Shown here: positions 1-13,530 of the stretch, one piece after another
Numbering within the stretch: position 1 is the stretch's first letter
Layout of the letters: each line of letters starts with the position of its first letter
DNA from: Octopus sinensis
Taxonomy: Eukaryota
Length of the DNA stretch: 64,000 nucleotides
Assembly: GCF_006345805.1 (NCBI RefSeq)
Contig: NC_042999.1
Span: forward strand, 136,338,001 to 136,402,000
Direction: 5' to 3'
Program-made: the position numbers and the translations under genes
Notes under the pieces: model-generated
The model's database searches: none
The model's input: only the letters and a program-made list of their open reading frames with translations
Told to the model about the DNA's origin: nothing

Positions 1-145
1 TTAAATTGACCCTGTAGTCAACTAGTACTTATTTTATTGACCCTGAAAGGATGAAAGGCAAAGTTGACCCTGGTGGCATTTGAACATAAAGTTGGAAGAT
101 GTGTCACTAAGCATTTTTCTGATACAGTAACAATTCTACTACCTT
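1..145 (-). mobile_element. tRNA-derived SINE 5' part
   Basis: Degenerate copy of the element at 58850-59030 (shared ttttattgaccctgaaagRatgaaagg.aaagttgacc). Confidence 0.6.
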
Positions 146-1999
146 GTCATCTTTATAATGATTTATATAACCTTGACATTTATTATATTTATGTCCTTGC
201 AAGTATAGTCCACTGTCTTTAGTTATTTTGTATTTCCTTCAGAAATATAACAGTTTTCAGTTTATCCTACCCTAGCTAAAGTGACATTATAATATTCTGT
301 CTTCTGTAAAAAAAATCTCATTAGTTGATAGCCTAAATTATTTGGTGCATTTTCTTTTTCTAACACCAATACTATAGATGTTATCTTTCCCTTGGCAAGG
401 CTAAAGAGCCCTCTTAAACCATATGTTGTCAATGTTCACCTCAATCTATAAACCAGTTACATAGTGTACTGAGTGCTTTCATCGTAACACCAGCACTAGT
501 ATTGTCACTTTGTAGCTCACAAGAGACAATCCTCATAACTGAATTAGAGTAAAAGTTCAATTATGATGGAAGAAACAGATTTATTTTTATTGTAAGCAAG
601 CAGTGGAGAGAGTAAGAGAGGGGAACAGTGCTCTTTGGCTGCCATGTTTCAATTTCTTCAATTTTTGTTCCAACTGATTTTATATTTGGTATATTGGTGT
701 AGTTTTTTTATGGTAATCATTGACATGAAATTCATTTTTGCCATAAATCAATAAAGAGTTAATACCTTTTAAATTTGTAAATTTGGGGTAACTTTAGCTA
801 ATCTAAAGCCACAGACATATAGATTCCTGTTTCAATAGTAAAAACCATGCCAAAACAGACACAATAGCCTGGGGTAGTCTTCTACTTGAGCGGCTCCTGT
901 CAAACCATCCAACTCATGTCAGCATGGAAGGCAAACGTTAAATGATGATGATGATACACACACACCTTATTTTCTCCCTATCAGATCACACTAACATAAT
1001 TTGTGCTGGGCTGATGGTGCTCTCTCTTACCCACAGTATATGAAATCTAAAGAGATAAGTTCTAGTGCCCCAAGGATTGGCTCTAGTGTATCCTACCCCA
1101 AGAATGGGTTATGTCTCTAACAGTCTTTCTACAAGCTGTCATCTCCAGCTATGCCCACTCTTACACAGATGCCACCCCAACTTTTCATTCCTTCCTAAAC
1201 TTCCATATCTAAGCATCAGTTTTGTGCAGGACAAACACTTTGTGCTCCAAATTCACACTAACACCATGAAAAAGGATCTCGAAAACATCCCCCAACAGAT
1301 TCATGTTAGTCTGGTTTCTTTCAACAATGAAAATAATCACTGCACATACCAAGAGTCAAAAATCATTGAATGTATCAAGAGTAGTCATTGATCTTTATCT
1401 TCACTCTTAAATATGAGCAGCACACAAACTCTTAGAACTGTTTCAAATGCAAGGCTTCACTATTAGTTAGGGTCTCTCTTACAAACACACATCTTCAACA
1501 TAAGACTGGCCTTTCTATTCAGACCCAGAAAATACTTCGACTACCACAACGGCATGCTACTCTCAAAATCTGGGATGTTGCTGCAGCTGCTGATGCACAC
1601 AGATACATCCTGGGCCACATCCAGAAAAGGGTCACTTGACTAATTGGCATAAAGTTACTTACAGACATGCCCCAATCTCTCAAATCCACAAACACACTGC
1701 TGTTTTTCTCTGGCTTTTTCTACTGCTACTAGTTACTCAGAGGTGGTTGAGCTTATGGCACCTCCATTAAAGGACCTGACTTCTCATTTCTTTCTCTCTC
1801 TACACACACACACACACATACGCATATAGGTAGATGTATGTTATATATATTTTTATTATTAAGAAACAGTCCTCCAAAAAGGAGGACAATGAGAGACTTT
1901 CTACAATTTCAGTAACCATAGAATACACATGGGCAATGAGATAGCTTCCCCAAATTACACATCTGGGGAAAGTGTTGAAAGTTAAGTTCCATTGTGGGA

Positions 2000-4900
2000 A
2001 GGTTTGGAGAATGTAAAGACAGATCGATCCAAGACAACTGTGGAGGGTGGGGGAAAAAAGATGCAGTGCAGAGTGGAGACACCCAGTGAGATGCTGGAGG
2101 ATTTCATTTAGAGCGAGAGACCACTCAGTAGTTATTTCACCTCAAAACCACAGGCAAGGGTGTTATAATGCTACCTAAAACACCAAACTTTAAAAAAAAG
2201 AGAGTTATATGTTCCCCACTGAATGTCAACAAAGCATGGTATAAACTATTCCAGAACCTTCACAGGCTTTTGCAAGTTATATTAGCAGGGCCACTTAAAA
2301 GGAAAATTGAGTGTTTGATAGCAAATGTCTTCAACATGCCCAAGGAATACTTTGGTGCCAAAAAGAGGAAGGATGCAGCTGGAAAGCAACTCAACAAGAG
2401 GGAGTGAAAGATCTTGCATCTGAGGAGAGAAATTAAGATTCTCAATAAGCAATTTAAAAGCACAAATGTTGAGGGGAAAAAAAAGACATAAAAGACTTGA
2501 CTATAGGACTCTGGGAGCAACTGTGCAGATAAGTGAGCTCAATTTATGAAGGACCCACAGAAGATTAGCAAAACTCTATTAGGACAAGCAATATATCTAG
2601 GAAGTTGTGAACGAATTCCTTAAAGAGAGCCATTGTGACATTACGTAGGTGATGAGCATTAAGGGCACAACCAAAGGTCAGGAAAGTGGGAGTTCCTGAA
2701 GCTGATCTTGATACTAAGAAGTCAGAATGGAAAGAAGCCAAAGATGTTGAATGGGTACCTCGATCAGCATCGTAAATGCTAAGAAGACATGCACAATGCT
2801 ACTTCCCAAGCTATGAGAACTTTTGCAGAAAGTATGGGCAACAAGTACCATCCCTTCATTCTGGTAAGGAGCTGATAGCTGAATCACACTGACGTGAGCA
2901 GACTCCTCCGAGATTAACCTGTTCCAAACCATTTCTCGCCTGAGTATTAAAAATAAGATCTTCTCAGTCTTACTCTAAAAGATGATCTACATGGTGAGGA
3001 ATGAATGTATTAATACATCTCTTTGCCCCGCACATCTTTAGATATTTTGAATACACAGTTGTACTAAACCATCTGATCTGAAAGGCCAAGATAAAAGGCA
3101 ATCTAAGAATAGTCTGGCTTTACTTGACCATTGCGTACAGCTCAATCCCTTACATCATCAACAGAGCTATAGAACACTACCATACTTCCCACAACATTAG
3201 GGGAATGATTGCTAGCTACTTTAGAGGATTCAAGTTCAGTTCAGTTCAACACCACCTATTTCACAACTCAGTAGCAGAATCTGGAAAAATTATAATCTTA
3301 TACATACTTGTCTTGGCAATGAATCTGCACATAACAGCAGCATGGAAAGTATCCAGAGGGCCAATAATGAAATCTGGCATCTGCCAACCACCATTGAGAG
3401 CCTTCTGACCAAAATGCTTCAACCTATGTACAAGCAAAGATCCTGAAGGCACTTGGTAACCATAGACTAGGATGCAATTGAAACCAAAGAAGTCAAAAAG
3501 CTTGTTGACCAGGAGTGGGAATGTAACTAGCATGTTCTGGCTCCAGGTTCAAAGTGGGGTTATACCAGCTATTGAGGAGAATACAAGTAATGTGGTATGA
3601 TTCCTCCTTTACTGGAAGAGATGGTACATTTAAGCAGAGAAACAAGCAGATGATTGGATAAAAGAGACAGACAGAGGGATCAGGCTTATCAGATCAGTTC
3701 ATAGGCTGCTACATAAACTCATGACTGCAGCTGATGTATGAAATATATGACATCTTTGAACAACATCTCTACAGATGGGTTGGAATTCCACCAAACCATT
3801 TGTGGTGATATTGTCCACAGATGTCATAGATATCTATGAGAGCTCATAGTGTTGAGGGTCCAAGAGACAACAGAAAATAATCACTATGTGAATGTGGTAG
3901 GGCTTGCTTACCAGGGATATTGGATACAGTAGATCAGTCATTCAAGCGACCACTGTTCTGGAGGGTACTCTATAAGTAAAGTTGTCTTTCTTATTGTGAA
4001 GGCGCATAGCTCAGTGGTTAGAGCATTGGGCTCACAATCATGGGGTAGTGAGTTTGATTCCCAGAGCAGGCTGTGTGTTGTATTCTTGAGTAAGACACTT
4101 AATTTCCCATTGCTCCAGTTCACTCAGCTGTAGAAATGAGTTGCAAAATCACTGGTGCCAAGCTGTATTAGCCTTTGCTTTTCCCTTGAGTAACATCGGT
4201 GGCATGGAGAGGGGAGGCTGGTATGCATGGGCAACTGCTGGTCTTCCATAAACAACCTTGCCTGGACTTGTACCTTGGAGAGTAACTTTCTAGGTGCAAT
4301 CCCATGGTCATTCATGTCTGAAGTGGGTCTTTACCGCTTCCAATGCACTGTTGCTGACCTCTTACCAACCTAAAATAACCCTAAAATTTGGGGCAAAGGC
4401 CTATCCTGCAAACAGCATGGAGTAATTCACTGCACCCTGAACCACATTCTGATCTGATACCCTAGAAACACTGGGAAAAGGTTAACAAAAGTGAAGGTAT
4501 AAGGTCCTTAGAAAAATTACCAAATGAACAAACCTGCAGAGAGTTAAGGTCAACAAGCAAAGGGCATCACTAAAAGATATCAGAGTCCTAAAGGAAAGTA
4601 ATAAGAGTCCTTAGACAAAAGCAGCTGTGGAGAGCCATTTTCTATTTTGCATCAAGCCTCAGACAGGGGGATGCAAGTAAATCTGAAAGGTAGACACTTC
4701 TTTCTGGAAGGGGTGGTGGTAACATTGCTCCAAAAAGACATGGTTTTTCTTTTCAGGAGCTCAAAATAATCATCATGACTGAACTCACAGAACTCACAGA
4801 ACTCTGGGAGGGCAAATTTAACATCTTTCACCATCTGATTTGGTTAATGAGATCCTTGTTAAAGGATGGCATTCCCCATTGAAGTTGGCTGCTACTGTTT

Positions 4901-5200
4901 CCTGGCAAGGTCAGTGTGTTATTAGTAGCATATCATTGATTCAGAACCCAAATAACAGAAGACTGTTGTTACAAAGATGACCAAAGTACTTGGGAACTGT
5001 TCAAAGTGCTTATTTGTGGTTGACAGAGACTGCAGATGAAACGCTTCTGAGGACAAAGACTGATTCATTCCTTACTGCCATACTCAGAAGCATACAGAGT
5101 AAAGAGTGAAATACTTGTGACCCTGAGATACTGTCACTAAGATTTTAAAGTAATTCCTGCAGTTTCTGCTTGGAGCAAAGTATCTGTGATGCTATTTCAC
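2000..5200 (+). mobile_element. Degenerate HERO-like non-LTR retrotransposon (RT plus restriction-like endonuclease), interrupted by a SINE
   Basis: Fragments LAGPLKRKIE..FG..KQLNKRE*KILHLRREIK, LRIVWLYLTIAYSSIPY..RAIEHYH (compare LxVxWLDLANAYGSIPH) and VADLLPT*NNPKIWG..C....CTLNHIL. Many stops and frameshifts. Confidence 0.7.
3998..4335 (+). mobile_element. tRNA-derived SINE inserted in the HERO-like element
   Basis: ggcgcatagctcagtggttagagc (A box) and gagtttgattccc (B-box-like), followed by a tgtgttg.tcttgag.aagacactt body shared with 20405, 52540 and 58650. Confidence 0.8.
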
Positions 5201-5257
5201 CAGGTGGAACAAACAGGAGAAATTGAACTCTGTCTATCTGCCCCCCCCCTCTCTCTC

Positions 5258-5290
<33 letters not shown>

Positions 5291-5300
5291 CCATACATTC

Positions 5301-5339
<39 letters not shown>

Positions 5340-6503
5340 GGCGGTGCTCCAGCATGGCCGCAGTCATTTGACTGAAACAAGTAAAAGAATAATATATATA
5401 TATGTGTGTGTGTCAATGCGTAAAAGTTATAAAGATGAATAAAGTAGCTTTATATACGACAGACACTAAACCATTTTCAAGTCTCAAACAAAAGAAGAAA
5501 AAAGGAAGCCTTTTACAGACTACTAACAATTATAATTGTAAATTGTGGTATAATCCTATTAGATGTAGAAAATAACATGATGTTTCTAGAAGAAATAAAA
5601 GGAAGGAAGTCCTCTACCGGCAAAAAGTGTTACGTCTAATTTTGGTAGAACTATTTCCTGAAGATCATATTTCTTCCTAGGTCAAGGTGTGCTTCTTTTG
5701 AAGTACAACTCCATACAAGGTAAACTAGAGGTTTCAAACATCCACAACTTGTGAAAAGTTATCAAACTATGAAGAAGAACAATAAAAATGTGAAGAATAG
5801 ATGGAAAAAAACCCAATCCGATTTTAAGTAACTAAATAAATAAAGATGTAACTATAATATCGATTTTTTTTCATATCGTCACATGCATAATATATTTACA
5901 TTATCATAAAGACAGACGTAAATGAGGGAGGGGAATGGGAAAATGTAAATGAATGTCAGATTTTAAGGTAAACAAAATATACACGTATTCTATTGAGTAA
6001 AAAGTATTCACGCGCAGAAGCAGACGGCCGTTATAAATGAATAAACAAAACGACAACATAGAAAGATTCTTGCTAGCTATCGAATTTTTGGTTTGAGTGA
6101 GTCACATACCTCAGTAATATAAACACAGATACGGTGGAACCGGGTTTTGTTTCTATTTATAAATTACCTTCTTAATGACGACATAAAATAAATAATTAAA
6201 GAACTAGAATATTTTTCTATTTGATGCATGTTCGAATATAGGACCCCATACACACACACACTTAACTTAGTCACAAACGGACGACTACAACTGCGATTTA
6301 ATATATCGCCGTGAGATGTTAATAACCAAATCAATATATATAGATATATGTGTGCAAACGACTGACAAAGACTCGTATCAAATGTTACATAGAGTAACGA
6401 TAACTACTGACACTCCTCTTATTCACTTGACAGTTGACACGGTTGAACAGACGATGGAATGATCGACAGAAAATGCTAATAAGAAAGATAGAAAGACACT
6501 CAC

Positions 6504-7016
6504 CCAACCAGAACTAAAACACTGGATGACATTGTACAGAAAGGAAAAAAAATTGTAAATCCATGAAAAGATAGAATCGATCGGTCCAAAATAGTACAAC
6601 AAATTCAGGCAGGGTAATCCAACAGCTCCAACTATAATTAGCTTGAAATGTTTTATTAAAGTATTGCTGATAATTTCAGAGATGTCATTGACAGATTTGA
6701 TCGGAATAAGGACCACTCCGGCAGCAAAAGGGGTACCGGACTCATGTAATCCCTGAAGCCAACTCCTCAAGACACTGGTCAATGTTCGTTTGAATGGATA
6801 TAAGAAGGTTCCACATAATACAGCCCATAGTAAGGGTCTGAGAAAGGCCTGTAGGACAAAATAGACAGCCACTAATACCAAACTAGCGAATATAACGAAG
6901 AAGTTGGCCGCTGTGTTGTACAGGGCCTTCTTCAGTGCTTTTTCGTGACCCTGTGGAAGTATCTGAAACACATTGTCGAAAGAGGATCGAAAGTATTCAA
7001 ACGACGGTGAAGCCAT
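6504..7016 (-). CDS. TMEM245: First coding exon (171 codons, phase-0 donor) of transmembrane protein 245; downstream exons lie to the left, not identified in this window
   Basis: Translation contains KALKKALYNTAANFFV...[28 protein letters not shown], which matches my recollection of the TMEM245 N-terminal region (AFYNTGAVLFV...[25 protein letters not shown]). The exon ends ...FSSGW at a TGG|GTGAGT donor (intron starts at 6503), the position where I recall the vertebrate first exon ending. Confidence 0.92.
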
Positions 7017-7300
7017 GTTCTTCTGCTGTTGCTGGGGAGCTTATTGTACACAAATACGGTTGTCACTTCCTGAACAATTACATTATAGTGATGGTAGCAA
7101 TAGCGTGTTTGGCAGTGATCGGTGACTGAGAATCGGCGAGGAGACAGACTACAGAAACTGTATCAAGCTCCGGAGTAAATAACAACGGTGTCATACAAAA
7201 ATCAATAGATTTCTTAACAATGTTCCGCAGTGCGTTTTCTGTATAACATGTTAGCAATTAATATTCATCTTATTTTTAACAAATATTAGGCTTAAAATAC
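7017..7300 (-). promoter_or_regulatory. Probable 5' UTR/promoter of TMEM245
   Basis: Lies immediately upstream of the ATG at 7016. About 5.9-7.25 kb retains visibly more CpG than the CpG-poor flanks. The TSS cannot be determined from sequence alone. Confidence 0.5.
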
Positions 7301-7989
7301 AGTTTGAAAATGCCTTAATCTAAACGAGGTTAAAAGTTATAAATTAAGTTTTATGTAATATTTATTCCTAACTGAACAGCGGACTGTCTGTTAACTCGGT
7401 AAGTTTTCAGACGTAACCAATGTTATTGTTATGAAGGTCTACATCTGCATCTGTTAGATGTTTTCATTCAAGTACATCGGAGAAAATCTTATAACCTGGA
7501 ACTACTCCATAAACAGATTCATTTTTTTTTTTTTCTTCAGCAAAACTTGACTTTATTAGCCAGGTTTTGTTGCCTAACGAATCTTTATATTTCATGTAAA
7601 ATTTATTTAGCGAAAATGTCAACAAACTAGGTAGCCTGGAATATACTTAACATTCTGAACTGCACCTTCAAATAATATCCAACTACTCACAGTACCCTAC
7701 AACCTAAAGTCGACATAATTGTTGTTTCTTCTCGTTCTTTCTCTTCCTCAATGACTACGACCTTTCTTCTAAAGTACCATCTCCGTCAAAGTACACCTGA
7801 CTTACTCCCTCTCCATCACACATCATTTATCCATCCGTTATCTCAGTTGATTCTCTCTACTGCTAGTTTTTTTTTTTTTTTCATAAAGAACCTAGCCTTC
7901 GCCTTCTGGAATTCTCTCTCTGCGCACATTTCTTTCTCAGGGGCATCAACTTTCAGCTAATTTTCAGCTGCAGCAACCTCACCAGTTTG

Positions 7990-9230
7990 GAAAGGTTACA
8001 TAAGATAGCCTTTCTACTCCGACTAATTATTGTAACACAAAATGGATAATTGCTTGGTTTCTACTTAACCCTGGTAATTATTCATCTATTACTCTTCTGA
8101 CATCGCAAAAGTGATAAAGACAGTCATAAACAATAACTTTCTCCATCGACTTGAAGCTCTTTCCCTCTTCATGGGCTGCCAATATAGGTTTCATAAAACC
8201 AAATCTGCTAGAATCCTATTTTCCTTCATCATCCACCTGTGAGCTAGCTCTCATCTTCTAGAAATTTAGGGAAAACAATGTTGTTGCACTTGACATCAGT
8301 AAACCTTTCAACCATGTCTGACATGTAAATCTTTTAATAAATCTTCCTGCCTATTGAGCCGATCGGTGGTTTCCTGTCATATAGCATCTCAACAGTGCAG
8401 ATGAATCTTTCTTTGGTATACCCTGCTTTCTTACCCATCCTCTTATAATGCCTATTCAACCTTCACACATGCATCATTTATATGCAATCTAAACACCTCC
8501 TACCAAATTTACACTGTGAACAGTGATCTCAAAATCATCCTTTGGTGCTTCAATCTTGTTTACTTCAACAGCCCAAAGACAAATTCTTTGTATGTGTCAA
8601 GAAAACATCACACTCCACCCTCTATAACTGAGTAACATGTAACTAGGACCTTCAAAAACCAGGGGACCACTAAGGATGTCTCCTGGTGAATCCACATGTT
8701 CAACAAACTAAAACTTGCATCACAATGACTGCCCTTCCTCTTCAAAGCTGGACAGTACTTCATCCTTATCATGTGAGACCACAAGAAAGTACTGCTCTGT
8801 CATTTGAGACAGTGCTACTGTAACATATACAGACGTAGACTACATTCAAAGGATGGTCACTCAACTGAGTAGCATAAAACCACTCACACATGCACCAGCC
8901 TTTAGCTCACTAATATGCTGTTTCACCTCCTTACCTTTTTACTGCTACCACAGTGATCTCTGCTACTCAGATCTGATAGGTTTCATGTTGCCCCCAATAA
9001 GGCAATCATGATGTGCTCATCTCTCTTTTTTTTACCTCACCTATATTGTGTTCTGTCTTCTGGCTCTTACTGACCATTACACCCAGTATGCCAGCCCACT
9101 GGAATCTCCTTACATATTTTTTTGTTACTGTCATTGACTTGCAACTATTCAAGAGGTATATTCACTGCATGGACTTCACCAGACTCATAACTTCACCAGA
9201 TGCCTATAAAAGATGGAGACACAATACCTT
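7990..9230 (+). mobile_element. Highly degenerate CR1/Jockey-group LINE RT fragment
   Basis: Around 8260-8350 translates as GK..VALDISKPF..V*H..LL..LPAY (compare ALDISKAFDRVWHxxLLxKL). Confidence 0.55.
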
Positions 9231-9439
9231 ATTCCATATCAAACAAATAAAAAAAAAGTGTATATAACATTTAATTAAGCACATCTAACCATCATCATCA
9301 CCACCAACCCAACATTCCATCATTGAATATTACACCACTACAAACATTGATATCATCACTCCACAATTTGTCAATGATATTATCACTTCTCACAGCAATA
9401 AACCTGACAATTTCTGGTGATATGAAATGCCTAATTGGT

Positions 9440-11270
9440 AATATCATCATCATCATTCAACATTCGTTTTCCATGCTGACATGGGTTGGACAGTTTGACA
9501 GGAGCTGGCCAGCTGAAGAGCTGTCCAGGATCCATGTCTGTTTTGACATGGTTTCTACTGCTAGATGCCCTTCCTAACACCAACCACTTTACAAATGTAC
9601 TGGGTGTTTTTTCACAGCACCAGCATGAGTACTTTTATGTGACATTGGCACAGATGCTTTTATGTGGCAGCAGCACCCATGAGCCCACAAAATTAGGAAC
9701 GTTCAGCTGAATAGAGATGTAGGGGACATAGTTGAATGCAAGGACAACCATGATTTTACTTAGATTGAGCTTGGCATGTCTTCTCAAGCACAGCAAACCG
9801 CCCAAAGTGTCAGTCCTTTGTCATCCCCTCTGTGAGGCCCAACATCTGAAGATCCCTTCTCATTACTTTGTTCCATGTCTTCCTGGGTCTTCCCATTCCA
9901 CATGCTCCTTCCACTATTAGAGATTGGCACTTCTTGACACAGCATTTCTCATCCATACACATTACATTACCATACCAGCACAGTCTTTTCTCTGGCACAC
10001 TTCATGCGCTGCCCTGTATACCCAGTTCTCTCAAATCACACACTGTTAGATATGCACATTGACATTACCCATCCAACAGAGCATGCTGGCTTCATTTCTT
10101 TCAAGCCTTCACATGTCCTCAGTAGTCACAGTCCATGTCTCACTGCCATGTAGAATAGCTGTTCATACACAGGCATCATGCAATCTACCTTTCACTCTGA
10201 GAGAGAGGCCCTTTGTTACTAACAGAGGTAGTAGCTCTCTGAGCTTAGCTCAGCCTGTTCTTATTCTAACAGCTATGCTTTTGGAACAACACCCACCACT
10301 GCTAACTCAGTCACCTAAGTAATGGAAACTGTCTATTACTACTTCTAAGGATCTTCCCTGACATTTGATGGAGTCTATTTTCTACACATTCCTGGTGTTT
10401 AATGTACCTGCACATCTGTCACATGTAAAAACTACTTTCTCTGTTAATCTTCCAGTAATACTGCTGCACTACTAATGTGTCCATAGCTTGCACTAGGTAC
10501 ACTGTATGGAGTTTCTACTGACACCTTTTCTTCATATCAAGCAAGACCATCTCCTGAGGGGATTTGTGATGTATCTGTTTCCTATTTATGAGGACTTTGA
10601 TTTTTGCTAAATTAATTCTAAAGTCCTTTGATTTCAGACCTTGTTTCCATACCTGAAATTTCTTCTCTAGTTCTGGTAGTGATTCAGCTATAAAAACAAG
10701 GTCATTGGCATAGAGGAGCTCCCAAGGGTAGCCAGTTTAAATTCCTTTGTTATATATAGGCTGGAGGACAATGATAAACAAGAGGGGGCTGAGAACCAAT
10801 CCCTGGCAGATTCTTACTGTACACTAAATTCTTTGCTATACCCATTGGTGCCTTTCCTCTTTTAGACAGCTCTCATCAACCACTCATCTATTCCTAGCTT
10901 CTGCATTGTCCACCAGATAACAAAAGCCAAATGCAGAGGTTTATTTTGGCCAAGTACTTCTTCACCAGAAAGGTAGCATCAATAGTGCTCCTTGTGGGCA
11001 CAAATCCAAACTGCATCTCATCTGCACTAACTCACTTCTTAATTAATTGAGTTATGACTCTTTTTGTGACTTTCATCACATGGTCTAGCAATTTGATGCC
11101 TTTGTAATTATTTCTGCTTAAAGCATCACCTTTACTTTTGTGTATGCTGACTATGTTGTTGTTACACCAATCATTGGGGTATGTCTCCTGCATGAACAAC
11201 CTGATTAATTATGCAGGTAACTAGATCATATACCTCTTTGCCAAGGTGACAAGCTGGCAGAATTATTACT
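9440..11270 (-). mobile_element. 5'-truncated RTE-clade LINE (RT, C-terminus, 3' UTR, (TGA)n tail)
   Basis: QGLVLSPLLFIIVLQ...PWELLYA.DL near 10700-10810; RLCWYGNVMCMDE..CVKKC...GRPRKTW at 9810-9998. Same family as 62930-64000. Confidence 0.85.
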
Positions 11271-11574
11271 GCAATGAAAAATATAACAGTGACACCATTA
11301 CTTCCTAGCAATATCTGAAGAAGGAATTTTTATATACCGAAATATTATATTATATCAGGTCATCCCATAAGTTCTATCCAAATTTTGAATTCACAAACAG
11401 AAAAAATATGACAAGTTCATTAATAAGAAAAGACAAATTCTCCAGACTGAATGGTAAAAAAGACAATTTATGAGGAACACAACAAAAAATATATAAAAAT
11501 GAAAGAAATAAATAAGCAAGGTCATGAAAGAAAACTGTGACAGAGATATTCCTATATCTTTTATTTATTTTTTA

Positions 11575-11787
11575 TCTTTTACTTGTTTCAGTCATTAGAC
11601 TGTGACCATGCTGGGGCACCACCTTGAAGAATTGTTAGTTGAATGAATCAGCCACAGGACTTATTGTTTTTTAAAGCCAGGTACTTATTCTATTGGTCTC
11701 TTTTATTGAACTGCTAAGTTATGGTGTAAACACACCAGCACTAGTTGTTAAGCAGTGCTGGGGAACAAACACAAACACACACACACA

Positions 11788-11834
<47 letters not shown>

Positions 11835-11985
11835 GATGGGCTTCTTGCATTTTCCATCTACCAAATCTACTCACAAAGCTTTGGTTGGCCCGAGGTGATA
11901 GAAGACACTTGCCCAAGGTGTCACACTGTGGAACTGCACCTGAGACCATATGGTTGGGAAGCAAGTTTCTTACCACACAACCATA
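11575..11985 (-). mobile_element. tRNA-derived SINE with internal (CA)n and a LINE-like 3' tail
   Basis: Head ggttgtgtggtaag..., tail ggtgccccagcatggtcacagtctaatgactgaaacaagtaaaaga. Homologous to 12945-13330 and 32675-33060. Confidence 0.85.
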
Positions 11986-12099
11986 GAGTCTTTTTCAACT
12001 ATACTACAAAATAAGACCTACTGTATGAAGTAATGCTTGAAGTGGTGGTCTTGTCACACTTAAAAAAATAAAGAAAAATTTTGAAAACTATTTTATAAG

Positions 12100-13530
12100 T
12101 CAGACAAACCAGGAGTTACAGCTAAATCTAAAGCCTTTTGTCTACCTGGAGATGGTAAAAAGGCAACTGTCCATGAGAGTGGACAATGCAAAAAGGATGG
12201 TAAGCTTGTAAAAATAAGAAGGTCACAATGATGATTTTTTGAAGGGGAGCAAAGGAAAGAACACTAATGGGAAGAGAGAAGAAGGACCACAGAAAGATAA
12301 AACAGAGTAGAAATGGATAAACTGATAAAAGAAATAAATTGGAAGTTAGAGACAGACAGATACAAAGGAGAATACATACATTCATACATACATAAGACTT
12401 GGAAGGCCGGCTCCTTGAGCAGCATTCCTTGTCTGATAATCTTAAATTCATGCCCAAAGAAGTTGTGTGACTCTCTTGCAACATATCATCAGATGAAAGG
12501 ATGAGTGTATATGAGCAGAAGACCAAACATGGACATGTTAGTAGAAAGCTCTGAGAAGATAGTAACACTGATCATCAAAGCAGTCTATCATGGACCAGCA
12601 ACTAAGATCACTGACTCTCACTTTAACGGGTATGCATTTGCAATCCAAGAACAGGAAATAGCAACCAAATACCTGATGTACAAAAGGGACAGACACAGGA
12701 AAAACATCATATATGATAACTGATGCAGACTTTGTCTGAAGATATCATCCACCTCATAAGCATTTATCCAGAAATGTCATTGCAGTATTATCTACTGAGG
12801 AGACATGATGTTGCTAAGACACTGTATAATGAGATCTACTGGAAGGATAATCCTGAGGTAAAAAAAATAAGAACCTACAGTATGGTAGAAGATATAGCCA
12901 CTGGTAATATGAAAGAGTACTGGGGGTATGTCCCAGTAAAAATAGGCATGGCTGTGTGGTAAGAAGCTTCCTTCCCAATCACATGGTTCTAGGTTCAGTC
13001 CCACTGTGTGGCATCTTGGGAAAGTGTCTTCTACCATAGCCTTGTGAGTGGATTTGATAGATGGAAACTGAAAGAAGCCTTTCATACATGTGTGTGTGTT
13101 TGTCTTTGTGTCTGTGTTTGTCCTCTCACCATCACTGCTTCACAACCAGTGTTGGTGTGCTTACATCCCTGTAACTTAGCAGTTCAGCAAAAGAGAGCAA
13201 TAGAATTAGTACTAATAATTATGAAAAGAAATAAGGCCTTAAGGAAAAAATAATTTTGTTCAACTAAAATCCTTCAAGGTGGTGCTCCAGCATAGCCACT
13301 GTCAAATGACTGAAACAAGTAAAAGATAAAATATAAACACAAGTGACCTGACATAATGATTTGGGAAAAATACCTATGCTGAACTAGTGAGAAACTTAAA
13401 TTTACTCTACTTGAATTATAAGTTCAGGTTTATACCTGTAATTATTGAGGTACTGGGGGTATGTAATGCATTGCCTAAGTGCCAATCTTGTGAAATTAGG
13501 CTTCTCAGAGACTGAAAGGAGAGAGCTACT
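12100..13530 (+). mobile_element. Degenerate R4/Dong-like RLE non-LTR retrotransposon C-terminal region, split by a SINE
   Basis: FAIQEQEIATKYL..KRDR..CRL..EDIIHLIS..PEMS..YYLLRRHDVAKTLYNEI, then after the SINE PDIMIWEK..YAELVRNL.LLY..YKFRFIPVIIEVLG. Confidence 0.7.
12945..13330 (+). mobile_element. tRNA-derived SINE
   Basis: ggctgtgtggtaagaag...ggttcagtcccactg head; tail ggtggtgctccagcatagccactgtcaaatgactgaaacaagtaaaagataa. Confidence 0.85.

Noticed and set aside
271-303. 33-nt minus-strand exon candidate KTEYYNVTLAR behind a strong acceptor, as TMEM245 exon 2
   Set aside because: Phase-compatible, but it does not resemble the expected hydrophobic continuation after ...FSSxW and the donor is weak.
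3998-4075. tRNA gene-like sequences here and at other SINE heads
   Set aside because: A/B boxes are present but there is no complete cloverleaf, and each is followed by a SINE body.
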